From Octopus bimaculoides (Eukaryota), in contig NC_068986.1 of the NCBI RefSeq assembly GCF_001194135.2, forward strand, positions 256,542-320,541: a stretch of DNA of 64,000 bases, written 5' to 3'. Both the position numbers and the translations under genes were made by a program. Positions 53,536 through 64,000 of this stretch are shown here, piece after piece. The notes under the pieces are model-generated. The model searched no databases, was not told the DNA's origin, and saw only the letters and a program-made list of their open reading frames with translations. Positions within the stretch are counted from its first letter, which is position 1; every line of letters begins with the position of its first letter.

Positions 53536-54480
53536 TTGATATAAATAAAAACATTTTAAATGTTCGTAATTCTTCTCTTTGACATGGTTACACTTATTCA
53601 CTTTTATTCAGTCTGAACTTCATTTTTGACTCTCTTGCTTTCGAGTCTTTAGAATCATATTTTTCCCATACTTCTAGTTCATCGAGTTAAGGTTCGCTTT
53701 CATAAAGAAGTGGACTCATCATTGCAATCGATTATAGTATTCTGATAATATTTTATTGATGCCAGACGGATAGAAATTACTGTTGTTTTTATAGAGATTT
53801 CACCTCGAATGGGCCCAGTATCGTATTAAATTGATACCGTAAAGCAGTTTGTACACAAAACTTCTCATCAGACCATCGCCACCACTTTGCACAGTATAAT
53901 ATGAGTAATACACAGGAAATAACTTAGCATTTTTGTAACATATAGTAATATTTATACACATATATTTTCATATATATAACATGTATTTCCATGCATGTAC
54001 AGCGTGATATATTTCCTTAATTTAATGAGTTTAATATGAAAATAGATATATTCAGACTTATTTCAAACTAATATAGAAATAGAAAGAGGACTTCGAAGTA
54101 AGAACGGCATCGGCCTGTCAATTGTTTGAGATTTACATCCTTGTGCTTAAAAATATTTAAAAACCAGACTCCATAGTTTACATGTATTTTGAATATATAT
54201 ACAAAAGAGAAACTTCCGTCCATATTTGGAAACTCGCTTTTACATAAGGTATTTTGTGTTGCATCCACATCTAAGGTTTATTAAAACGATAAAATATGTA
54301 AGAGTTTATTTGTATAGAAAATTATCGCATTTGCAATATATGTGTGTGTGCATGCGTGTGTGTGCATGCGTGTGTGTGCGCGCGCGTTATATGCGCACGC
54401 GTCTGTATGTGCGTTTGTGTGTTCACCCACACATGCATATATATATGCACACATACATATTTATGTATATATATATATAT

Positions 54481-54640
54481 GGGAGAATATACAAAAAATA
54501 ACAACAGACGAGGACAGGTGGTGTAAATAACAAAAGTATATATTAGTATGACGCTCGGGAATACGGAAAGTCTTTGACGTTTCGAGCTACGCTCTTCAAC
54601 AGAAAGAATACGGAGACAAGGAGAAAAACACGGAGAAAAA
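54481..54640 (-). mobile_element. Short hammerhead-containing (Penelope pLTR-like) repeat, second family
   Basis: It contains the hammerhead at 54571-54607 and is unrelated in sequence to the first module apart from the core. Boundaries are approximate. Confidence 0.55.
54571..54607 (-). ncRNA. Minimal type I hammerhead-like ribozyme with CUGUUGA variant core
   Basis: It reads UCUUU CUGUUGA A GAGC GUA GCUC GAA AC GU C AAAGA, giving a perfect 5-bp stem I, 4-bp stem II, palindromic ACGU and a GUC triplet. Confidence 0.65.
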
Positions 54641-55926
54641 TATATATAATTAACTAATTTACGATATATGGTATATAATATACGTGGTGCCATAGCTTTT
54701 TGTGGAAATTTACATGACCGTGTAGTACCCCCCCCCCCACACCTCTTGACTGATTTATAGCATCTGACAAGAGAAACCGCGATGCTCAGATTTTCATACT
54801 AACATAGTGTTATTTTGAAGAGGGCTTACGCAAAAGAACCATTTTAGAACAAGAGAAATATGTATACGACTTCAGATATAATTAACCCATTGGCTTTACG
54901 GTGCATTATGCAAATGTCTCTAAATTCTAAATATCGTTAGCAGTGACTATCTCACAGATATGATTTGATTTGAAGAAATGAGTGCTCAACTTAATCCGAC
55001 TTTATCCTATTTGTTATTCTCTGTTGATATTTTAACTACGTTTAGGTTGCAATCAACTCCATTTGTTCATTTCTCCAGACAGATAACTGCATTCTTAAGT
55101 CTGTAACTATGAATCAGCAACACAATTGTGTATTTATTATCGATAATCAGTAAGCCATATATTCCACTTTCCAATGTCTGATCTTCCTTCTCCGACTAAG
55201 AGGTAAAAGTATATTCGCGTAGGAGAGTTTTTTTATAATTTGGATCGTATTAGTACTTGCCAAAGATTTATTCTAGATAGCTAGGTAGTTACTTCACAAA
55301 CACACACACACACACACACACAAACAAAGGGACATACGCACAGACAAGCACTCATATATAGACGCCGGTATATATACACAAGCACATATATACATATACT
55401 CTCATATACGCACTCTCCTACATAAATATAATTGTGTGTTAGTAAATGGTCCCATTTCCTCATAGCTAAAATTTATGAAATTAAATAACCGTATCTCATC
55501 CTTATTCTGTTTCGTTCTTCCAGACTGAGAGAGTGGAACAAAATGGCATTAGGCTATCTAAGTCTGATGAGTATTTTTGATTGGGTATACTGTTGGTAAA
55601 TTGACTGAACAGGTGATTGGCCGTGTTGTCAATAACATCCGTTTTTTAACAGACATCTGCTGGTGGATCTACTTTAGTCCTGCAGCTGGTACAAGGATTG
55701 GATGATGGTTATCCACGTGGTAGAGCATGACGTCAGTAAGACGTTCTTTTCGTCAGGCTACAAGTGTTGATACTGCTTTCTAGTGAGTCATCTCAAAAGG
55801 AAGTTTGCTATACGGCGGTTAATAAAGGGACTTTCAGACATACAAGCGAAATATCTACGTTCTTGGAGGAATGAAATGCAGGTATTCTATGTCAGCATTA
55901 ACAACGATGGAAACTAAAATGCAATA

Positions 55927-56073
55927 CACTATCTAAATTTGACGGATATTTGTCCTCATCTTGTTTGTTGTTAACACAACGTTTCGGCTGATATACCCTC
56001 CAGCCTTCATCAGGTGTCTTGAGGAAATTTCGAACCTGGGTTCTCATTCCTAAGGTATTTTTCGATATTGCTG

Positions 56074-56113
<40 letters not shown>

Positions 56114-56215
56114 CCAAGTCAATCCTGGGAATCGAACTTGGAATCTTGGGGTTAGTAGCCCGTGCTCTTAACCACTACGCCATATGTAATTCCCCATCTC
56201 TTAAATATAGAACTA
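55927..56215 (-). mobile_element. Solo tRNA-head/(TAA)n/hammerhead module with sense-orientation 3' tail
   Basis: It is homologous to 21251-21508 and 22062-22328. The terminal aattccccatctcttaaatatagaacta is on the opposite strand. TSD-like TAAAATG(C/T)AATA is at 55915-55926 and 56216-56227. Confidence 0.88.
55973..56018 (-). ncRNA. Minimal type I hammerhead ribozyme, intact copy
   Basis: It reads GACAC CUGAUGA A GGCUG GAGGGUAUAU CAGCC GAA AC GU U / GUGUU, with predicted cleavage between 55978 and 55977. Confidence 0.82.
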
Positions 56216-56494
56216 TAAAATGTAATAGTCATAAAATAAAGGCCTTAGTTATGAAAGGCAAATGCACCGCGTAAAGGATGATACACTAAACGCTTTGTTG
56301 TGAGGGAATAATCCGATTAACCAGCACACAGTTACAACAGGTTCGAACCACGTTTGACGTAGGCATGTATAAAAGAAATTGCGTATTACACCAACACATG
56401 AACAAAAAGATCATTTATTTTTACTGGGTCTGGAGGAAAGGGATGTCCCCAACGCATTCTCATGCTCCACCACCTCCTTCAACGGAGAGATTGA

Positions 56495-56860
56495 TGCCAT
56501 TCATGCTTCGTTTGAACCTCTTGAAAAGACAGCCCCTGTGTGAAGACATGAACTGAGGCTCGAATTCCAGAAGACCAAGGTTCTGGGAAGGAAGGATGGG
56601 ATGTATTGAATTTTGCGGGATTTGTGACATTGCACACAAGGAGAGACGAGTGGGGGTCGGGAATAACTGATGGAAATGTCATGTACTCGGTCAGCTCCAA
56701 GGGGCCGACACGATTCGAGTAGCCGTAGAAAAGGCAAAATCAAAAGGGAGATGGCCTTTGAATTTTAGGGGTTGCAAATCAATGGGGTTGCTCTTTTCTG
56801 GATGATGTCTAGGTTGTCTGTATTTACAGCATCACCATCCCTGGTGTGGAAACCCTAACC
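56495..56860 (-). mobile_element. CR1/L2-like LINE reverse-transcriptase C-terminal remnant
   Basis: It contains decayed WDG...LDIIQKRA..LI, CLFYGY...EL and YIPSFLPRTLVFWNS words typical of CR1-group C-termini. Confidence 0.65.
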
Positions 56861-59800
56861 CAATATGGGCTTCACTTTAGTACACAGATACGCACGCACA
56901 CATATGCATATCTACATTTACATGTGTGTGTATGTGTGGAAGTGTGTGAATGCATATATGTATGTGTATATTGATATCTATATGTGTATATATACGTGTG
57001 TGTGTATGCATACCAGTATAATTTTTAATCATCCTCAAGACAACTAGTAGAATTGGAATTCTTTCATTCTGTTCTAAATTCCCACAATCTGGTTATTCCT
57101 TTTTCCAGAACTTAAAATTTCGATAATTTCTCCTCTCCTTCGGAGACATATTTTCACCTATTGGAGCAGATACTTCTGTCAGGAGGAGGATCTCTTGGTC
57201 ATCTTTGACAACATTCAGTCAAATTGTTTTGATTTCCATCAGCATAGATTGACATGACCTGTATTACGATTGTCCAGACGAACCATCTTCCTCTTCCTCA
57301 GAAACCCACGCCTTGCCGGTTGAGAAAGTCAAGAGAAGTCCATTGCAGGAGACTGTGTCGATGAAAACCGGAGAAGGTGATCCCAAACAGAAAGCTAGAA
57401 GATTCATCGGGATATTAGAATGCCTATCAATAAGCCACAGCTTACAACTCGAACCAGAAACCATATAACGAAAAGCAAAAACCACAACCGAAGCCCCAAA
57501 GGAAAAAACGAAATCAAGAGCAAGAACAACAGCAACAATAGCAGCGACACCAACAGTCAAACACAATGAATTCTCCCCTTCAACTTTCTTTTTGTGTGAA
57601 GAGACAAGTCCGACTTGATGGAAGAAATAATAAGGTAGAAGACGGTATTCACCAAAGCGGGAAGGCCATGTCAAACCGATCTGGAACAAATCCTGCTATT
57701 GGCCGAGTCCTCTTTATGTAACGCGCTACCACCTTATCTAGCAAAGGAAAGGAGTTATGTTTCCTATGACTGGTGGCTATTACGAAAATGTTGATATGAT
57801 GGGTGAGTTTGAAAATGTTGATATGACTGCGTCTGCGGTCAATCTCTCATTGATTTCTTCAAGTGTAACTTGAAGTGGAGAGTGAGGATGGAGATGTAGA
57901 TGAAATTTCTACATTTTAATGAAAGACGGCTGCAAGGGACGGAACTCCTTCCCCGCTCTCTCTGTGAAAGATGAATTACTGAATTCTGCCTGGAAACTGG
58001 AGTCGATGAAGGGTAACTCTTGGGAATGCATCGTAGTCGTGGTTTAAGTTTCCTTAAATATTCCAAATGCTCGACTTGATGGTTTGTTTGCTTACAACTT
58101 CTATCATAAATTTTTAATTGTTTTTCGTGTTGAGTCACAGTTTTGTCCTTCCGATGTTACGTTACATATGTACACACTGACAAGTTTGTTTGTCTAAGTG
58201 AGCTCCATGAGAGCCAATAAAGAAAGGGTCTTCTTCTTCTTCTTCTTCTTCTTCTCCTTCTTCTAGTTGTTGTTGAAATATATACATCCTCAATCATTTA
58301 TCACATTCTTGAAACGAGCGCAATCCCATTAAATGTATAGCTGTGTCTTTCGCAGGAATATTGTTTACAATTCCTCAACTCCACAGCATTTATTATTCAG
58401 TTTCACTTTTCTTTTCGTTTTGTACTGAGAAGAAAATGTTTATTCGTATTATTCAATCCGAAAGAACTTTATTTATATTCATTTAAACTAAATATCATGT
58501 TTGTTTACTTTAGATGACAAAATCACCGACGAAATGAGTGCCATTTTCTTTTACTCTCGGTTTCCCATAATGCTTTTCTCTTTTCCAATATCCCTGTTGT
58601 AATTGACGTCAAAAGCGTATTGTCCGACATATTATGTTTTATCAAAAAGAAAAAAAAATATTACTTTCTTCACATTCCAAATGAATAACAATTTGAAATT
58701 ACATTTTCTATTTGCTTACCAAAAAAAAAAAAAAGTAATGATGATGATGACGACGACAAGAACAACAATAATGATAATAAAGAAACGAATAAATAAACTT
58801 AATCTGCTTAATTTTATTTAGCTTAATATCAAAACGATATGTTATGGAATTCCGGAAAGAAAATTGTTGTCATACAGTGACAAACAGTTGTCAAAGTAAT
58901 TAATTTTTACAGCATGTATTTACTTGGATGTATATTCGTTTCAGATGTGCTTATATTTGATCTTGTCCGGGTGATATTGAGTTTTAAACATGTAGCTCAT
59001 TTTTAGAAGTAACTTGTTTTAAAAGTAGTATTATTTATTCTTAACCAATAGTCAAAGGCTCTACTACACTCCGTTTGGCTGACCCAAAACTGAAAACAGG
59101 TTGCACTATAAAAATATCCTGCAAAAGTTGCTACTTAGTCAAAGCAGGTTTGTAATATATCATCCACCCAACTTACACTATATGATATTCTTAAATATCG
59201 CTGTATTTGCAATTAAATCGTTTTGAAATCTTGTAGAAACTCTTAAATCAGTCACCTCGAGATATTTTACAATAGCCACAGGCAGATAGCATCAATATAG
59301 ATATCCTTTTTTTTAAATTTTAAACCCGAAGAAGAGTTTAAAGAACAGGTTTATAATAGAAGACATTAATTATTTCTTGCTTGTTTTCTGCTACAATAAT
59401 TCGAGGTAAGATGAAATATAAGGAGTTGATTGAACGTTTACCATGTGATATACCTTTGAAAATAAATTTGTTAAAATGTTAATGAAATGTTGTCCCTACC
59501 TCAATGTAATGCAGAACCATTTTGGCTATTAGCTTAATATTTCAACTGTGAAATAACAAAGAAGCATAACAATGTCAGAAAAATAAGATAATGCCCCTGA
59601 GTGTGAGCATGAATTACTGATATTTAATATCGATAAAGATACACGACAGAATACAGCAAATACATTTGAAAGACGTGATGTATCAATCCTTATTTGTCAA
59701 GAATGCCTGTGTGTATAATTTCATAAGCGTTACTTGATGTAAAGAACTATAATACATTGTTACTTTCTTTCTGTATCCTTTTTGCAGTTACCGTGGAGAT

Positions 59801-61489
59801 GATATTTCTTATTAACTCTTCTTAATTGTCCATGCTATCATTTTGCTCCAAATTTTACTTTCTATTCATCAATTTTTTTTTACATCGTTTTTATATAGAG
59901 CCTTGAGAATAATTATTTAATGATATATTTCGTCCACAAATTCCTTGAGATTTTTCTGTCGATATATACAATTATTTTATAATATCATTCGTTAATTAAC
60001 AAGACAACATGACAGATAATAAAACAGGCATTATATTATTAGTAATTGGTTCATATTAACTTTTTTGTCTTCCTTTGGCGTTTTACAAATCTTGTTTTTA
60101 ATGGGGTTTTTTCTCACCAAAGATATCGATATTTTCCTTCGTGATATACATTCTCCGTGAAATAAACAAAATGTTCCATGCCATTTCTAAGCAATTTACC
60201 TCTATTACATTGCTGAATAGATTCCGAAAATTCTAAATTCCATTTAATCCGTTCTGATAAATTGGATTAATATGCAGCAGATGGTTTGAAAGAAAATATG
60301 CGTTTTATCATATTTATCGGAATAAATCAACGATATATAAACTATAAATCAACTATAATAAACTTGTGAAATTCCGGTTTATCTTTCAGAATATTTAATG
60401 CAGGTAGATATGTATACCCTCTCTGTCCTTTAGAGTGTATTTTTATTCGAATCTTTTTTTCAATCTCCGAAAAAAATCACACAAATTTACAAGGGTAGCG
60501 AAGCCACATATAGAGAAGATTATTGGTATTTTATAAACAAAATTTTGCATGCTTCTGTGATGACATATGATAATTAAAGTGGTGTGGTAAAAGCTAGACC
60601 AAAGGAAGCTTTCTGGATGGTTATGTGAATCATGCTTGTACTATGTAAAAGGAAAGTATTTGAAAACGTGAAGCTAAGATCTTCCTCATTGCAGTATCTG
60701 ACTAGTCTATTACAGTCAACAGGTCGTGCATTTATAATTTGTAAAATAGTGAAAAACATGAACATTATATCCACACACACTCTCTGTTCTCTAATGGCTA
60801 CCTTCTGGAATAAACTACTGTCAATCCAACAGAAATATTTTGACTAATGTTAGCTACCTGACCGAAAGAAATCAGTAAACTATGTCAGTAGTTGGTGAAT
60901 GTGTGCTTTAAATTGCATATTGTCGGAACAACCATTATTCGACAAATACTGCAATGAATATTATCAACAAAAAAATTCAAGAAATCTTGCTAAAGTATCC
61001 ATTAGAAATTTGGCGATATTTCCCATACAGGTGTTTGAAAAGTTGGATGACTTTCAAGGAAGTATTGATATTTATACTAAAAGAAGTTCTCTGTCCAAAA
61101 CCTAAAAATAAACCAAGGCTAATTTAATGAAAATTATGAAACTGTTCAACGAGTAGTATAAAATGAAAAAATAGATAATAATTTTTAATTGACTAGACAT
61201 CCAATTGTTCACTTGACTTCATATTAAAATACAAATATAAATGCAACGTAAAATGTATAATGAATAATGAGGCAGTAAATGAAGAGTTGCACAGTTACAC
61301 ACAGACTGCGAATTCCCAAAGAAATTGTTGGCTAATTCTTTGAAACCTGTTTGACGGCATTCAGACTGTATCTCTTAAATTTCACTACATTGAATTCAGA
61401 GTTTCAACGGTGTGAAGTAAATTCTACAATATATTTTATTCGACACTCTTCTAATTCACCAGTCTTCATAATACCATTTCTACTATAGA

Positions 61490-62370
61490 CACCACGCCTG
61501 AAGTTTGGAATAGTCGATTATATCGACCCAGTGATCAACTGGTACTTATTTCACCAACCCCGAAAGGATGAAAGGTAAAGTTGACCTCGGCGGAATTTGA
61601 ACTCAGAACGTAAAGACAGACAAAATTCCGTTCAAAGTTCAGATTTTGCCGAAGTCTGCTGGCGATCGATGAAATAAGTGCCAGTTGAGCACTTGGGTCT
61701 ATATAATCGACTAGCCCCCACCCCGTCCCTGAAACTCTTGGCCTTGTGCCAAAATTTGAAACCAATATAACCGAATGTTGAATTTGAATTCATAAATTAC
61801 AGACGGACAAAAATACCGCTAAACATTTTGTCCGACCTGCTAAAGTATGTGCTAGTTCACTACCTTACTCAGCCATCATAATATCATCAGCAATATCTAT
61901 TTCATTATTGCCCACAGGGGGCTACACATGGAGGAGACAAACAAGAACAGACAAAGGGATTAAGCCGATTACATCGACCCCAGTGCGTAACTGGTACTTA
62001 TTTAATCGACCCCGAAAGGATGAAAGGCAAAGTCGACCTCGGCGGTAGTTGAACTCAGAATTTAACGGCAGACGAAATACCTGTATTTCGCCCGGCGTGC
62101 TACCGATTCTACCAGCTCGCCGCCCCATATCATCAGGAATATCACCGAGTGGTGAGTGGGTAAGCTGGCAGTATCGTTAGCACGCCGGACTAAATGCCGA
62201 GCGGCATTTCGTCCGTCCTTATTTTCTGAGTTGAAATTCCACCGAGGTTAACTTTGCCTTTCACCATTTCGGAGTCGGTAAAATAAATACCAGTTTATCA
62301 TTGGGATAGATGTAATCGACTATCGCCCTCCCCTGCAATTGTTGGCTGAGTGTCAACATTTGAAATCAAT
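61490..62370. mobile_element. Two inverted pairs of family A SINEs (61490-61790; 61890-62125 with 62158-62370)
   Basis: Each pair is a - copy followed by a + copy. The second pair is head-to-head with a ~35-bp spacer. Confidence 0.85.
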
Positions 62371-63470
62371 GTTAACGAATGGTGTCACAAAATACTATGT
62401 CAACCAACAAGATGTTAAGCTGGAGAAAGTACAAAATTACTTGAAATTGTTCATCTTTCCTACAATACTAAATGTAAAAAAAATAAATACTGTATATGTT
62501 GTGATGTATCGATTCTCTTTCGAAATACATTAAGAAGTGAAGAAAGATTTCTTTATATGAAAAGGTCAATTAGAAAAACAAACAATTTGGGACTGAAAAG
62601 TCTAATGACCTTTCGGAAAGTAATGATATTTGTTGGATTAATTGAATTTTTAAAACTCTCGCACTTAACACTGTCGTTATTTAATTAATTATTTTCGTTC
62701 TATTTCTTGAGTTATTCTTATCTGTGACGACGTTTTTCCTTTCCTTTCTAATGCTTAGTTTTATATCTCCATTTGCAATACAATCACTAACTAAGCTACG
62801 AGCAAATCTTATATTTTGCGTTAAAATTATCGTCGAAAATGTAAACTAATGAAAAGCATTTTGATCTACTGCAACGTGTATAATATACAAATATTTAATA
62901 ATTGTCAAAACAGCTTTTATCAGTATACTTAAGTGTAATAAAGTAGCAATAAAATCTACATTTTTCTTTTCATTCTGGATTACTTTGCACAAATATCCGT
63001 ATCCAGAGTAAAATTGTGACAAATAAATTTTTTTAAAGCTGTTTAACGTACTGATTTTCAATTGATCTTAAAATGTTAATATAGTAATTTGTTCACATTA
63101 ATAGTTATTGTTGCTGTTTTAAATAGTGAACAAATTATACTGTTTAGTATTCAATAATTATAACAAATTTTCAGTGCAGAGTGAGGCTTAATTTAATGGG
63201 CATAACCAAATATGTAAAATGTTTCTTCCTTCGTATAAACTACATATTTCAGAAAATAGTTCGGAAGTAGAATAAATTGGCCTACTATAAGGAAATAGAC
63301 GAGCCATTGCTTCAAGTACTCTGACCCCACTCTACCGCAATGTCAAACTTTTCTTCCCATTCATCAACTTTATATTCACTAATTATTGACACAAACCATC
63401 ACTACTTACCTCAGATGGTCTTTATATATTTTTCATAAATCAGTATATATTTCTGTATTTTCTTTTGCAG

Positions 63471-63557
63471 TTAGCACCCCTTTCGTAGAAATTAAAAATA
63501 TTAATGATCAAAAGGAAATTCATGTTAGCTACGGTCATGAATTTGGATTAAAAAAAT
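63471..63557 (+). CDS. Candidate 87-bp phase 1-1 exon (VSTPFVEIKNINDQKEIHVSYGHEFGLKK)
   Basis: A strong acceptor atttctgtattttcttttgcag precedes an open frame whose length is divisible by 3, followed by a GTAAGA donor at 63558. The protein was not recognised. Confidence 0.5.
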
Positions 63558-63584
63558 GTAAGATGTAACACATGCGTTTCTACT

Positions 63585-63740
63585 CAAGGCACAAGGATTG
63601 AAATTTTGAGGGGGGAGTCCAGTCGATTAGGTCGACCCCAATACGCAACTGGTACTTAATTTATCGAGCCTGAAAGGATGAGAGGCAAAGTCAACCTCGG
63701 CGGAAGTTGAACTCAGAACGTAACGGCAGACGAAATAGCA
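63585..63740 (-). mobile_element. Family A SINE, 5'-truncated
   Basis: It has the tail ggcacaagg...gtcgattaggtcgacccc and the body gaaaggatgagaggcaaagtcaacctcggcgg. Confidence 0.85.
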
Positions 63741-64000
63741 ATTTCTTTATTGCCCACGGGGGAGGGGAGTAAACGTAGAAATGTACAAAACAATTGATTG
63801 GGATCAGCAATGCGATATAGTTTACATAAAATATGACTTTAAAAATTATATAAAATGTCAAAAATCGAATGATATTAACAGTAAATTAGACAACACAAAT
63901 GAAGCGATGATCAGGCCACGCTCCGACCTCACAAGCCCCGATCTATCGCTGGTACCTTTTTGTTCTCTTTTTTTCCGTCTATTTACACGGTTCCTTGCAC

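Noticed and set aside
55524-55595. Signal-peptide-like exon MALGYLSLMSIFDWVYC
   Set aside because: The acceptor is good, but the phase 2 end does not join the phase 1 exon at 63471 and the peptide is a poor signal sequence.
60899-61105. Possible hAT dimerisation-domain remnant (KYPLEIWRYFP in an alternative frame)
   Set aside because: There is only one loose word match, and the diagnostic SSxxxERxFS motif is absent.

Overview
This is AT-rich eukaryotic DNA from a draft assembly, with 11 N-gaps (about 3.7 kb), most of them flanked by microsatellites. It is most likely a coleoid cephalopod (Octopus); that is inferred from the SINE families and microsatellite density as I recall them, not from a search. 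I find no complete protein-coding gene, rRNA, true tRNA or CRISPR array. Most ORFs in the supplied track are artefacts of microsatellites or N-runs. The recognisable content is transposable-element debris: three tRNA-derived SINE families; three 3' ends of R4/Dong-type non-LTR elements stacked in (TAA)n; a Penelope GIY-YIG fragment; Tc1 and mariner remnants; a CR1-like fragment; a Helitron N-terminus; and several MITE-like elements, one with 37-bp TIRs and a perfect 8-bp TSD. A few short candidate exons have good splice signals (best: 63471-63557 +). The most interesting system is a ~270-bp module present three times. It consists of a tRNA-like Pol III head, a (TAA)n spacer, a minimal type I hammerhead ribozyme and a fold-back tail. 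Two copies flank the Penelope endonuclease fragment as inverted repeats and one is solo, and both insertions have ~12-bp TSDs. It looks like a Penelope-mobilised, ribozyme-carrying SINE-like element. A second, unrelated minimal hammerhead with a variant core lies at 54571-54607. I cannot confirm novelty without database searches.
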